62,954 nucleotides of DNA from a virus (Duplodnaviria; Caudoviricetes), in IMG/VR virus record IMGVR_UViG_3300035703_000093, positions 1 to 62,954 of that record, one strand, 5' to 3'. Position 1 is the stretch's first letter; each line of letters begins with the position of its first letter. Shown here one piece after another: positions 1 through 9,561 of the stretch. The position numbers and the translations under genes were made by a program. The notes beneath the pieces were generated by a model. The model had not been told where the DNA came from. It was given only the letters and a program-made list of their open reading frames with translations, and did no database searches.

Positions 1-162
1 ATGTGTGAGCGCGGCATGATCGGCACGGCGCTCTGGATCGGCTCGGCCGACCAGTCCATCGCGCTCCAGAATTACCAGCACGGTGTCGGCCAACTGGCCG
101 CCCGCAGCAACAACCGCGGGCATTCCCAGCGGGCTAAAATTCGAACCAAACGAGGATACTGA
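1..162 (+). CDS. 3' part of a probable virion gene (partial at window start)
   Basis: Open frame MCERG...KRGY* stops 2 nt before the next ATG. It may be the C-terminus of the gene that starts at 62888. Confidence 0.45.
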   Translation: MCERGMIGTALWIGSADQSIALQNYQHGVGQLAARSNNRGHSQRAKIRTKRGY

Positions 163-163
163 T

Positions 164-460
164 ATGCTGACCATCACCCACGTCCCCGCCACGAACCGCT
201 CTGGCAGCATCTCCGCTGGAGGCACCGCCCAGGATGTTTACACCGCCGACCAGCAGCCTAAGCACGGGTTCGAGTTCTACAACAAGTCGGACACGGCGAT
301 GTATCTCGACTGGGACACCGACGCGACGGCAGCCAATGGGGTGCCGGTGCCTGCGGGTGGCAGCTATTACCTGCCTGGGCCTGGTGGGGCGGTGCCTCCA
401 GGCCGCATGAGTGTGCTGTGCGCCACCACCGGGAAAACCTTCACCTGCAAAACCTTCTAA
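164..460 (+). CDS. Small beta-rich virion protein
   Basis: ATG at 164 (MLTITHVP...). The FYNKSDTAMYL...GVPVPAGGSY pattern is typical of small phage structural proteins, and the gene is tightly packed. Confidence 0.65.
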   Translation: MLTITHVPATNRSGSISAGGTAQDVYTADQQPKHGFEFYNKSDTAMYLDWDTDATAANGVPVPAGGSYYLPGPGGAVPPGRMSVLCATTGKTFTCKTF

Positions 461-464
461 CGCC

Positions 465-1469
465 ATGCCTGCCGGATCTACACCTTCGACTTTTGGGACT
501 CTCGGCGGCGCTCCCACCGACAACGCGGCGCTGGCGGCGGCGCTGGCGAGCGCTGGAGGATCGACTATTGATCTTACTCTGCAATCATGGGTGGATGCCA
601 CGGCAGGCGACGACCTCACGGGCGAGGTGGGCTCTCCGGCGGCCCCGTATGAAACCATCCAAGCAGCTTACGATGATGGTGCGAGGGTGTTTCATGTGAA
701 TGGCAGTGTAGGTGCGCTGTCCTTGGCGGATGCCACGCAGCATGTAGTCCTCTTGGGTGTAGGACGTGATCGCTCATTGGTAGGAGCTATCACGCTGGCG
801 GCAGGGAGTAGCCGCACTGTGCAAATTTCGGGCAACGGTGCGGCGCTCGTCAGCGTGGCAAGTATTACAACGACTTCTCCGTCGGACACGACGGGAGCCT
901 ATTTGTTGATCTCCAGTCTTTACCTGAGTGGGACACTTGTCAGGTCTGGCATGACCGGCTCACACTCTACCTCCAGCACCCCAAGCAATCCCGGAGCGCC
1001 GGGAGGCACTGGCGGTTACTCAGGTCCAACCAAGATGACCGGTGTGGAATTTAATGGTCACATCACCTTTACGGGCGGCAATGGAGGGACTGGTGGGCCA
1101 GGAGATGTGGTGGAGGATTTCGGCTCAGACGGAGGCGAGGGAGGCGCGGGCGGCTTCGGAGGCGAGCTGCACATGGTCCGGTGCTCAAGCGCCGGGACAT
1201 TAAACATCGTGATGTCTGGCGGATATGGTGGAGCTGGCGGCGATCCAGGATCGGGCGCGGAATCCACTGGAAATCCGGGCAATTCCGGCCCCACAGGCGA
1301 CGGCGGGAATCTAACCTTGGAGTATTGCAACATGCCGAATGTGACGCCGATCCTGTCGGGTGGCAATCCAGGCAACCTGATCTCTCAATTCTCCATTTAC
1401 TCGACTCCAGCCGATTACGCCCCAGGAGGCGAAGTCGCCAACATCATCGCCGGGGTCTGGACACCCTAA
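465..1469 (+). CDS. Glycine-rich tail fibre/spike-like protein
   Basis: WVDATAGDD...GSPAAPYETIQAA (DUF1565-like start of a beta-helix) followed by repeated GGxGGxGG tracts. Confidence 0.65.
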   Translation: MPAGSTPSTFGTLGGAPTDNAALAAALASAGGSTIDLTLQSWVDATAGDDLTGEVGSPAAPYETIQAAYDDGARVFHVNGSVGALSLADATQHVVLLGVGRDRSLVGAITLAAGSSRTVQISGNGAALVSVASITTTSPSDTTGAYLLISSLYLSGTLVRSGMTGSHSTSSTPSNPGAPGGTGGYSGPTKMTGVEFNGHITFTGGNGGTGGPGDVVEDFGSDGGEGGAGGFGGELHMVRCSSAGTLNIVMSGGYGGAGGDPGSGAESTGNPGNSGPTGDGGNLTLEYCNMPNVTPILSGGNPGNLISQFSIYSTPADYAPGGEVANIIAGVWTP

Positions 1470-1515
1470 AACCAAACCATGAGCCTCCTCGCCCAAACCT
1501 TCGAGTGACAGAATT

Positions 1516-1833
1516 ATGAGTGAAATTCTCCGCAACCTCAAAGCCTTTGGACTGACGCCCTGGCAGCTCGTGCTGGGGGCGGCCATAGCCTATGGGTGGG
1601 TCAATAGCCTCATGCCGATGCCATCGGCCATGCAGGCGATGAACGGCGAGGTTCGGGCACTCAACAAGACTGTGCAGGATCTGGGGACCAAGGTGGAAAT
1701 TCATGCAGTGCTCATCTCGCAGATTACCGAGATCAAGACCGAGATGTCGAGCATGCGACGCGAACTTTCCACCATCGAGGGCCGGCTGGCGCACTCCTCC
1801 AATTACCGCGCCAAGGGCGGTTCTGAACCGTGA
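1516..1833 (+). CDS. Membrane-anchored coiled-coil protein (holin/spanin-like candidate)
   Basis: N-terminal hydrophobic segment WQLVLGAAIAYGWV followed by a heptad-like helix. Confidence 0.5.
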   Translation: MSEILRNLKAFGLTPWQLVLGAAIAYGWVNSLMPMPSAMQAMNGEVRALNKTVQDLGTKVEIHAVLISQITEIKTEMSSMRRELSTIEGRLAHSSNYRAKGGSEP

Positions 1834-1903
1834 CGCCGGCGCTTGACACTTTTCCGACCTGCCACCCTTTTTTTCAAAGAACCCCTAACACCCAAAAACG
1901 ACC

Positions 1904-2692
1904 ATGAAACACATCGCACTCCTCCTCACCACGGCCCTGCTGTGGTTTTCCCATGTCCCCGCCTCCGGGCAGGTTGCCAACATCACCCAGACCCGCCAGG
2001 GCATCTCCTACGCGGCCTCGGCGAAGACAGTGATGAGCGCTTACACGGCCCAACGCGAGGACCACACGCTCCTCGCGAACGCCACGTCGGCGGCTTTCAC
2101 GATCTCGCTGCCCCCGGTGAGCACGAAGGCCTACCCTTACCTGGTGATCAAAAAGAGCGACAGCAGCACCAATGCCGTCACGGTTGACCCTTACGGCAGC
2201 CAGACCATCGACGGGCAGTCCTCGCTGACGCTGGCGGTGCAGTATGCCGGTGTCGTGCTCCATGCGGACGCCACCGAATGGCGGGTGATTGCGACCATGC
2301 CAGTGATCGAGCTGACGGAAAACACGACGACCACCAATGCCATCACGGCGGCTGAGAGTGGCAAGACCTTCCTGCTCAACTCCGCCACTGAATTCGTCAG
2401 CACTTTGCCCGCGCCGCAGGTCGGTCTGCGATACACGTTCATTGTGGCGGCGGCTCCGACGGGAGCCAGCTACACCGTGGTGACCACCAGCTCCGCCAAC
2501 GTCATCAAAGGCATGCAGGTCTGTGCTGCCGACGCCGCCGGCGACACGGGCACCGCGGATGACACCATTAGCTTCGTCGATGGGCAGGCGGTGGCAGGCG
2601 ATATGGTCACGGTCTGGTCGGATGGCACCTCTTGGTTTGCGGTGGCGCATTCCCGCGTGGCAGCAGGCATCACCTTCACCCAGGCCAGCTAA
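1904..2692 (+). CDS. Protein with two tail-fibre-type beta repeats and an N-terminal signal peptide
   Basis: MKHIALLLTTALLWFSHVPASG signal-like leader. Two repeats of the form LL.N...F..tLP......Y..I...........V......I.G.............V....D...W. Confidence 0.65.
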   Translation: MKHIALLLTTALLWFSHVPASGQVANITQTRQGISYAASAKTVMSAYTAQREDHTLLANATSAAFTISLPPVSTKAYPYLVIKKSDSSTNAVTVDPYGSQTIDGQSSLTLAVQYAGVVLHADATEWRVIATMPVIELTENTTTTNAITAAESGKTFLLNSATEFVSTLPAPQVGLRYTFIVAAAPTGASYTVVTTSSANVIKGMQVCAADAAGDTGTADDTISFVDGQAVAGDMVTVWSDGTSWFAVAHSRVAAGITFTQAS

Positions 2693-2696
2693 CCCC

Positions 2697-3188
2697 ATGC
2701 GCACGATCACGGCTGACCACCAACCGGATGTCCGTCCTATCAGGGACGCGGGCTTTTTGTGGGGAAAGCCGTGGTATCGCGTGCAGTCCGACTGGGAGCT
2801 GGAATACAATGGCATTTTAATCCTGGCGCGGAAACACTACGGATTTGACGGGGCCAGTGTGCCCCGTCTTTGCTGGGGCCTCATGGGTTACACTCCCGAC
2901 GGCCTGCACCGTGCGGGTGCGCTGGCGCACGACATCGGGTGCGACCGTGAGGGCATGCTCATCACCGGCGCGGCGATTGGACGGCCGGAATACCCGGCGG
3001 TGCTGTTGGGGGATTCGTCGGTTCGCATCACCTTGAGCACCTTTGCCGGACAGATGGAATCTGATGAGGTGCATCAAATGTTTCGGGACATCCTCGACCA
3101 CACGGAAGGGAGCCGTCCGCGAAAGAACAAGATTTTCCACGGATCGGTGCGGGCCTTCGGACCGCGCTGGCCGACGCTCCAGCCATGA
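2697..3188 (+). CDS. DUF1353-like protein
   Basis: Motifs GFDGASVPRLCW and AGALAHD, and C-terminal VRAFG. Confidence 0.75.
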   Translation: MRTITADHQPDVRPIRDAGFLWGKPWYRVQSDWELEYNGILILARKHYGFDGASVPRLCWGLMGYTPDGLHRAGALAHDIGCDREGMLITGAAIGRPEYPAVLLGDSSVRITLSTFAGQMESDEVHQMFRDILDHTEGSRPRKNKIFHGSVRAFGPRWPTLQP

Positions 3189-4261
3189 GCAAGAATTTCG
3201 ACTGGTATGACCTGCCGGACCCGACGAAGCGCGGGTTCACGGTGCTGGCGCGTGAAACAGACCGGGATGTGGACATTCCAGACTTCCTTGGGACGCCGAC
3301 AACCTTTGCCGATTGCCCCGCCTGGATCACCCATGGGTGCAACGTCATCAGCCCCTTGGATGAGTATGTGCTGGTCCACGCCGAAAAGGCCGGGGAGCTG
3401 CAACGGCGGTTTTACTTTGCCCCAGATTTGCCGCGTGAGACAGCCCAGACGCCGTTCCGCACCTACTATGAAACCGAGCCAAGCATGTATTGGCCCAAAG
3501 TGCTGCTTTCTCTCAAGGCCTACAGGCGGTCTGAAAATGATGCCTACATTGTCCGTCCGCGCTACAAAGAAGCCTATCAAGGGCCGACGCGGGTGAAAAT
3601 TGAGGAGTTTTTCTCCCCAACGCCGTTTGAGATCCCGCTTTATGAGCCGATGGTCGAGCGCGGGCTCAATGAAGAAATCGGGTTTGAATACTACGATGGG
3701 GTGGATGGGCCGTATTGGCTTTCGGTGGGGAGCTTGAATTTGGACTCATGCTTGCATCCAGCCATCTCCATCACGGTTCCACTGAACCCTGCCATCGAGA
3801 TCGGCATTGTCACTTACACGACCGCCAGCCTCTCGGACACAGCCACCAATTACGAGGACTGGCCGGATGAGCTGGTGATTGATGACAGGCCGCGTCAGGT
3901 GCTCGGTGGCTGGGTGCGTCGGCGTGTGACGGCTTTGCGGCCCATGATTGTGAGTGTCACCTTGCCAACCAGCGCCAGCATCACCAGCACGGGGGCAACC
4001 TTGGGCGGCACTGTGGCGATAGAAGACAATGCCGTGGTGACGAGTCGCGGCGTGGTCTATGCGCCGACCGCACAGGATGCCAACCCAGAAGTTGGCAACT
4101 CCACCGCCACCTCTGCCACCACCTCCGGCACGACTGGAACCTTTACCTTGGCAGTCACGGGTTTGACGCCGAGCACGGCTTACAGCTACAAGCCTTGGGC
4201 GCTGACGAGCCAGGGAGTGCGGGTGTATGGGCCAGTCGGAACCTTCACCACCTCCGCGTGA
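3185..4261 (+). CDS. Virion protein with C-terminal fibronectin-III-like domain
   Basis: C-terminal ITSTGATLGG...SRGVVY...VTGLTPSTAYSYKPWA...YG. ATGA overlap with the upstream gene. Confidence 0.7.
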   Translation: MSKNFDWYDLPDPTKRGFTVLARETDRDVDIPDFLGTPTTFADCPAWITHGCNVISPLDEYVLVHAEKAGELQRRFYFAPDLPRETAQTPFRTYYETEPSMYWPKVLLSLKAYRRSENDAYIVRPRYKEAYQGPTRVKIEEFFSPTPFEIPLYEPMVERGLNEEIGFEYYDGVDGPYWLSVGSLNLDSCLHPAISITVPLNPAIEIGIVTYTTASLSDTATNYEDWPDELVIDDRPRQVLGGWVRRRVTALRPMIVSVTLPTSASITSTGATLGGTVAIEDNAVVTSRGVVYAPTAQDANPEVGNSTATSATTSGTTGTFTLAVTGLTPSTAYSYKPWALTSQGVRVYGPVGTFTTSA

Positions 4262-5283
4262 TGCTGCCTGCTTTGCGAGCTTTGTTCAACGAGCCGCGCC
4301 GCTTGTGGGCAGGCAAGGGAACGAAAATGCAGGGATACGGCCAAAAGAAGTCTATCAGTGGGGTGCAGGCCACCGGCACGGGTGGTGTGCTGACTTTGGG
4401 GCGGTCGGATAAATCAGGCACCACGCCTGACCAAGGTAGCGCCGAAGAACCAGTGGAACTTCGTGCCGGCCAGGGGGTGCGCCTTCATGGCTACGGGGGC
4501 ATTCACACACTGGAGCGGTTGCCAGTGCCACCGGTCGAAGACAAGCCAATCCTCGGCACCGCCCGGCTTGAGTGGGACATTGAGGTGTCGCGAGGTTATG
4601 CAACCCTCTGCCATTTGGGGGAGAGTTCTGAAAACCCAGGAAACTGGGTGATCAGCAATGAAACCCAGCAGATTTACACGCTCGGCTCGTATGTGGAAAG
4701 CAATACCGCCAGCGGCGTGGTGCGTGCTTGGGGTGCTGGCGAGACGCCGCCTGACGCCTGCGATGCGCCGGTTTTTGAGTCGGATGAGGACCCAGGCTTC
4801 GATTACGGCGATTTTGTTAGCTCGTCCTACTCGGAGGAGGTTATTCCTTTTGAGGATATCATTCCTGATGCCATTGCAGCCATCGAGGTGGATGGATCTA
4901 TTGCTAGCTCCGCCCAGGAATGGCCGAGTGAATCATGGGAGGATGTCAGCAAAGGGGTGATTGCTTTTTCTCAGTATCTGGGCGCTGTCGCCGCTTTTGT
5001 GACTCAGGATTTTGACGTGGTGCCAGGCGAGGCAGATGGCGCGGTGGCGACCCGCACACGCTTTCGGCTGCGCAACGCGGGAGACTGCATGCTCCGCGTC
5101 AATTGCGGTTTCTACGGCAGCGGGCTGCCAGGAGGCGCAACCGATGACGCTCGCGACATCTACCTGCCCAAGGGGGCGCAAACTGGCTGGATCGAATCTG
5201 CGGCTGTTAATCCCGACCCGCTCAAAGGGCTCTCTGCCTCCATCCAGCGGGTGCGAATTGGTCCATGGAAGTATGTGGCGTGA
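4261..5283 (+). CDS. Hypothetical virion-associated protein
   Basis: ATG overlaps the TGA of the previous gene. Last gene of the plus-strand operon, abutting the integrase stop. Confidence 0.6.
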   Translation: MLPALRALFNEPRRLWAGKGTKMQGYGQKKSISGVQATGTGGVLTLGRSDKSGTTPDQGSAEEPVELRAGQGVRLHGYGGIHTLERLPVPPVEDKPILGTARLEWDIEVSRGYATLCHLGESSENPGNWVISNETQQIYTLGSYVESNTASGVVRAWGAGETPPDACDAPVFESDEDPGFDYGDFVSSSYSEEVIPFEDIIPDAIAAIEVDGSIASSAQEWPSESWEDVSKGVIAFSQYLGAVAAFVTQDFDVVPGEADGAVATRTRFRLRNAGDCMLRVNCGFYGSGLPGGATDDARDIYLPKGAQTGWIESAAVNPDPLKGLSASIQRVRIGPWKYVA

Positions 5284-6483
5284 TCAGGCCACGGTCGCGG
5301 AGATGGCACGTTGCAAGACAGCGGCCAGTTTTGAAGCGGAGCGGTGCGTGTATCGTTCGTTTTGGCGTGCGCTGGAGTGCCCGGTGATGTCTTTGCGGAC
5401 TTCATAGGGCACGTCGGCCTCGTCGAGCAAAGTGTTCGTGGTGTGGCGGAAGCTGTGGAAGGTTTTGTTGGTGAATCCCCGCCCTTTGGAGGTGGGGTCT
5501 TTCTCGCGGCGTTCGCGCACGACGCCGGCGGCGTCCAGGATGGCGCTGAATTGCTCGCTAAGGCCCCCATTACCTCCGGTGGGCGTTCCAGCCAGGCTGG
5601 GAGCCAAAGGCACGCCTGGGCGCAAGGAAAGCGTGCGGAGATGGCTTTCCAGCGGCTCCACGATGGGGATGTGGAGGAGCTTACCGGTCTTGCCCTGTGT
5701 GTTGTGCCACACGCGGGGTTCTTTTTTGGTCGCCGCGGTGAAGTCCTCCGGCTTGGCGTCGGCGCAGTCCTGGAGGCGCTGTCCGGTGCAAATGCCCAGC
5801 AGGCAGACGGTCAGCCAGTCGGTCTGCTTCGTCCTCCGCAGGTGAGCGAGGATCTTGGCGAGATCGTCGGTGTTGAACGGCTCCCGGATGTCAGCGGTGC
5901 CATACTGGCGGAGCACCAGCTCTGCCGGATTTCGCGGGCAGAAGCCCTCCGCACGGGCTCGGTCGAAGATGGCCTGGAGCGTTTTGACGGCATTGTTGGC
6001 CGTGGCGGGCTTCCGCCCCTCGTCAATCATGTCGAAATACCATTCCTGGAGCGTGTCGCCGTCCATGAGGTTCAGCGGCCGGGTTTTGTCGGGACCAAGC
6101 CATCGGGTGAGCAGCCGGACATGGCCGGCGTAGGATTCCAGCGAGCGGGCGGCGATGCGGGACTTTTGCAGCGCCAGCCATTCGTGCGAGTATTCGTCCC
6201 ATTGACGGGTTTCCAGCACAGGGCGGTGTCCGGCGGTTTTGAGGATGTCGTTCACGACTTCGAGCACGTCCTCGCGTGTGAGGCGGACGGTGCTGCGGTC
6301 TGGTGCCACACGAAAAGCGACAGCCTGGAATTCATCGGCCACTTTCTGGGCGGTCTTCGCCTCGCTGCATTTGGTCGATTTCATCACCCTGCGCCAGCGG
6401 CCCTGGCTGGCGTCGTAAACCCAAAATTGAGCCTGCCAGAACTGACTGTTCGGGTGGTGGCGAATGGAGGCGGTGTAGTTCAT
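5284..6483 (-). CDS. int: Phage tyrosine integrase
   Basis: Complete catalytic set: TGQR, QGKTG, HSFRH, TGH, ERY. N-terminal arm-binding-like region. Adjacent to attP. Confidence 0.93.
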   Translation of the reverse strand: MNYTASIRHHPNSQFWQAQFWVYDASQGRWRRVMKSTKCSEAKTAQKVADEFQAVAFRVAPDRSTVRLTREDVLEVVNDILKTAGHRPVLETRQWDEYSHEWLALQKSRIAARSLESYAGHVRLLTRWLGPDKTRPLNLMDGDTLQEWYFDMIDEGRKPATANNAVKTLQAIFDRARAEGFCPRNPAELVLRQYGTADIREPFNTDDLAKILAHLRRTKQTDWLTVCLLGICTGQRLQDCADAKPEDFTAATKKEPRVWHNTQGKTGKLLHIPIVEPLESHLRTLSLRPGVPLAPSLAGTPTGGNGGLSEQFSAILDAAGVVRERREKDPTSKGRGFTNKTFHSFRHTTNTLLDEADVPYEVRKDITGHSSARQNERYTHRSASKLAAVLQRAISATVA

Positions 6484-6655
6484 CTGGCGGGGGCGGGTTG
6501 GATGATGTTCAACGCAAACTTCAACGGTGGTTCCGCTGATTCTTCAACAGAAAGCAAATAAGCGAATCGCGCAACTGAAAAAGCTAAACGGGCATTTTCC
6601 CTGCGTAGAGCGTATTTTGTGGGGTTGGAGTTGAGGGTGTTTTAAGTGGTTCTAT

Positions 6656-6689
6656 CGTGTCGGCGGTTCGATCCCGTCCCGAGCCACCA
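6656..6689 (+). other. attP core, equal to the 3' half of a tRNA-Phe-like gene
   Basis: CGTGTCGGCGGTTCGATCCCGTCCCGAGCCACCA contains a T-arm, the 3' acceptor strand and CCA. It closely resembles bacterial tRNA-Phe 3' ends as I recall them. No 5' half is present upstream. Confidence 0.85.
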
Positions 6690-6719
6690 CGAGGCCGGAA
6701 GCCTTGATTTTCCTTGGAT

Positions 6720-6742
6720 GCAGCGCGAACGCTGCTTTTTTT
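6720..6742 (+). terminator. Rho-independent terminator downstream of the att core
   Basis: GCAGCG-CGAA-CGCTGC followed by T7. Confidence 0.7.
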
Positions 6743-6818
6743 ATGATGGAGGTTCAACGCAAAGTTCAACACATTAAGCCGTAGTTGCGCGTTTTGCTCA
6801 AGTGGCTAGCTTGCTCCC

Positions 6819-7076
6819 GTGCCAATCGCTGACCCCCATGCCCGCCGAGAGTACATGCGTGACTACCACGCGGAGTTCCGGCTTGGGCTGCGGCGCTCGG
6901 AAGCGCCGGCGGTGGCGGAGGCAAAGATGGACACCCGCCGGGCGGAGCGTGAGGAGTATTTGCGGCGCTGGGCGGCGGAGAACAAGGAGCGCCGAACCGC
7001 GCAGCGCCGTGAACAGCGCCGGGCGGCGCGGCAGGCGGCCCTGGCGTCGGCGCTGGGCAAGGTAACGACGACATAA
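6819..7076 (+). CDS. Small Arg/Ala-rich hypothetical protein
   Basis: GTG start, charged helical sequence, 8 nt before the next gene. Confidence 0.5.
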   Translation: MPIADPHARREYMRDYHAEFRLGLRRSEAPAVAEAKMDTRRAEREEYLRRWAAENKERRTAQRREQRRAARQAALASALGKVTTT

Positions 7077-7084
7077 CCGATTTT

Positions 7085-7735
7085 ATGAGCACAACCCAAA
7101 TCACAACGATTGAACTGGAGGTGGAGGGCATCACGCGGGCGGAGCGCGAGGTGCTGGCGGACATTTTGAACGATGCGCGGTTGTCTGCGGAGCGGCTGGC
7201 GAGGGCGGCGAGCAAATGGGTGGCGCTGTCGGTGGAGTCGCGGGAGAAGATCGCGGCGCAGAGCAATCCCTCGCTGCGGGAGTTTTGGGCGCGGTTGACC
7301 CGCGTGGGAGAGGGTTTGCTGCACCCGCAACTGGTGATGATCGGCGGAAAGGCGGCGACGTGCCTGGGGAAGCTGCCGCTGGAAGATCAGGAGCGGTATT
7401 TGCGCGAGCGGGTGCCGGTGGTGGTGCGGCGCGGTCGCGGTTTTGATGTGCGCCTGGTGGATGTGGCGGAGATGAACGACGAGCAGCGTCGGCAGGTGTT
7501 CAAGGTGTCGGACAGTGGCGCGGTGGTGGTGCGTGATGAAGAAGCGCAGAAGGCCTATTTTGCGAACCGGGCCGCGCAGCTTCTCGTGGAGCGGGAGAAG
7601 GCGGACGCGATGAAGAAGGTGGAGCGCGTGGGCTGGCGCGTGGAGGGTGGCAAGGTGTGGGTGAAGCCGGACAAGGTGGAGAGCGGTCTTACGCGGCGGG
7701 ACGTGGTGACGATGCTGCGGGATCTGGGGGAGTGA
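7085..7735 (+). CDS. Hypothetical protein
   Basis: 216-aa ORF with protein-like composition. Confidence 0.7.
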   Translation: MSTTQITTIELEVEGITRAEREVLADILNDARLSAERLARAASKWVALSVESREKIAAQSNPSLREFWARLTRVGEGLLHPQLVMIGGKAATCLGKLPLEDQERYLRERVPVVVRRGRGFDVRLVDVAEMNDEQRRQVFKVSDSGAVVVRDEEAQKAYFANRAAQLLVEREKADAMKKVERVGWRVEGGKVWVKPDKVESGLTRRDVVTMLRDLGE

Positions 7736-7771
7736 GAGGAGATGATGAAGCCCGAATGAGGAATGACGAAT

Positions 7772-8467
7772 TCACCAGCGGTCGCGTTCGGTCCATGAGT
7801 GGTGGTTGGACCCACTCGCTGGGCTTTTCATGAAAACGAGCCAGTGGGTTTTCGCTGTCTTCCCACAGCGTTGACCGACGAGCGGACGCTCAGGAGTCAG
7901 CGCGAGAATTTGCGACACTGGCACCTCATGTTCGTTCCATTTGAAGATCAGCGTCCCCTCTGGCTTGAGGACTCGGAAGCACTCAGTGAATCCTTGGCGG
8001 ATCATCTCGCGCCAGTCCCCTTCCAGTTTCCCGTATTTCTTGGCCTGCCATCCTTTTTTCCCAGCGCGGACAAGATGCGGCGGATCGAACACAACCATTG
8101 CAAAATGATCGGCAGGGAACGGCAGTTCGGTGAAGTCCGCCACAATATCGGGATTGATTTCGAGAGTGCGGACCCCGCCCGCGCTGCTCACGTCTGGCAG
8201 AGCATGAGTCTCACGGCGGTTGTCCACGAAAACGGCTCGGCTATCTTGCCGGTCGAACCAGAACATTTTAGAGCCACAACAGGCGTCAAGGACGGGAGCT
8301 GGTGGTGGAGGTGTCCAGCCCAACTCAATCAATTTTTCACGCACGCAGCGCTCTTTGAAGCAGGCGATTTCACGGTGGATGTCGTGGAGCATGCCCGCAG
8401 TCTCGAAAAGCAGGGTTTGGGTTTCTGGGTCCCATTTGGGAGTGATGTTGAGTTTGAAGGCGTTCAT
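7772..8467 (-). CDS. Class I SAM-dependent (DNA) methyltransferase-like protein
   Basis: VLDACCGSKMFWFD (SAM motif I), VVFDPPH (motif IV), FRVLKPEGTLIFKW. ATGA overlap with the upstream gene. Confidence 0.85.
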   Translation of the reverse strand: MNAFKLNITPKWDPETQTLLFETAGMLHDIHREIACFKERCVREKLIELGWTPPPPAPVLDACCGSKMFWFDRQDSRAVFVDNRRETHALPDVSSAGGVRTLEINPDIVADFTELPFPADHFAMVVFDPPHLVRAGKKGWQAKKYGKLEGDWREMIRQGFTECFRVLKPEGTLIFKWNEHEVPVSQILALTPERPLVGQRCGKTAKTHWLVFMKSPASGSNHHSWTERDRW

Positions 8468-8820
8468 GCTTCTTCGGGGGTGTTCTGTGGACAATAGTGG
8501 GCGTTTCCTAGCTGATAGTCGCCGCGATCACACGCAGCGCAGCCACGTTTGAGGCTTCTGGCCTTGATCTGCTCGAAGCGACGTGTTTGTAGGGCTTCCA
8601 GCGTTGTTTCTCGTTTCGCGGCGAACTGTGACAGCACAATCAGTGCGTCTCCTAGCTCCTGGTCGAGATCGGCGGCGGTTGCTCGGAGTTCGGGAATTTT
8701 GACGACAGCGCCCGCGATTTTACCCGTTTCTTCGGCGAGTTTGACGGCGAGGCGCTCCAGGGTCTTCTCACCCCATTGTTCCGTGGCAAATTTCAGGATC
8801 TCTGATTCGATGGTCTTCAT
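8464..8820 (-). CDS. MazG-like nucleotide pyrophosphohydrolase
   Basis: KLAEETGK...DQELGDALIVL helical MazG motif, with a C-terminal CAAC...HYC tail. Confidence 0.7.
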   Translation of the reverse strand: MKTIESEILKFATEQWGEKTLERLAVKLAEETGKIAGAVVKIPELRATAADLDQELGDALIVLSQFAAKRETTLEALQTRRFEQIKARSLKRGCAACDRGDYQLGNAHYCPQNTPEEA

Positions 8821-9110
8821 GCTTTTTCGGTGGCGGGTTGGTCTGGGGGGCGGGTGTTGAGGCGCAGAATGAGCGATTTGTCCTCGTTTTTCATTGCATC
8901 GAGAGGGTGGCCAACGTGCGGGTTGGCGAGAATGTCCGGCACCGATGATTGGCGCACCCACCCGCCGCGGCAGTCGTAGAAGCTGCCAATGAACACGTTG
9001 GTTTGGGGTTTTTTGCCTTGGAGGGAGTGAACAACGTTTTTCTCGAACTCGTTTTCCGGGGTGAGCACCACCTGGATGGTGCCGTCTTCAATGTAAATGG
9101 CAGTTTTCAT
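8817..9110 (-). CDS. Hypothetical protein
   Basis: MKTAIYIEDG...; ATGA overlaps at both ends. Confidence 0.65.
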   Translation of the reverse strand: MKTAIYIEDGTIQVVLTPENEFEKNVVHSLQGKKPQTNVFIGSFYDCRGGWVRQSSVPDILANPHVGHPLDAMKNEDKSLILRLNTRPPDQPATEKA

Positions 9111-9520
9111 GGGGTGTCTGCTTTTGGTGTGGCGGGAGTGACTGTGTTGAGGGTGAGGTTGTGGGTGGTGAGGAGGCTGGCGTTGACGACGTTTTGGACG
9201 GTCTGGAGGGTGGAGTCGAGGAGGCGGGTGGTGTGCTCCAGGTGGCGCTCGGTGGCGGCGAGCTGGCCGGTGGAGCCGTGGCCTTCGGTGGGGCGAATGC
9301 CGAGCTGCCAGAGCTGGTCGATGAGGGATTGGAGGTCGGCACGTTCCAAGGTGAGCCATGGGTCGCAGGTCTGAGGCGCTTCTTCCAGCTTCATCGAGCG
9401 CATGGTGACCGTGGTTTCTGGGATGGCGACGCGGTCGGGACTGAGTCGCTGCCAGAGGTGCAATTCGTAACGTCCGAGGAAGGGGTGAGGAGTGAAAGAG
9501 AAATGTGTGGTGGCGTTCAT
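9107..9520 (-). CDS. Conserved-looking phage hypothetical protein
   Basis: LIDQLWQLGIRPTEG.GS.GQLAATERHL motif; translationally coupled. Confidence 0.7.
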   Translation of the reverse strand: MNATTHFSFTPHPFLGRYELHLWQRLSPDRVAIPETTVTMRSMKLEEAPQTCDPWLTLERADLQSLIDQLWQLGIRPTEGHGSTGQLAATERHLEHTTRLLDSTLQTVQNVVNASLLTTHNLTLNTVTPATPKADTP

Positions 9521-9561
9521 GAAGTGACGAAGGGGTGACAGGATTGACCGCATTGACGGGA

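Larger units (their letters stand above)
6507..6770 (+). repeat. Integrase arm-type direct repeats flanking the att core
   Basis: GTTCAACGCAAACTTCAAC (6507-6525) and GTTCAACGCAAAGTTCAAC (6752-6770), plus an extra CTTCAAC at 6542. Confidence 0.7.

Noticed and set aside
465-5283. Diversity-generating retroelement acting on tail genes
   Set aside because: No reverse transcriptase and no TR/VR pair differing at adenines was seen.
5284-6483. This integrase as the integron integrase
   Set aside because: It lacks IntI motifs and the integron-specific insertion, and it sits beside a tRNA-type attP with arm repeats.
6600-6689. Complete tRNA gene
   Set aside because: Only the T arm and 3' acceptor strand are present; there is no matching 5' strand or D arm upstream.
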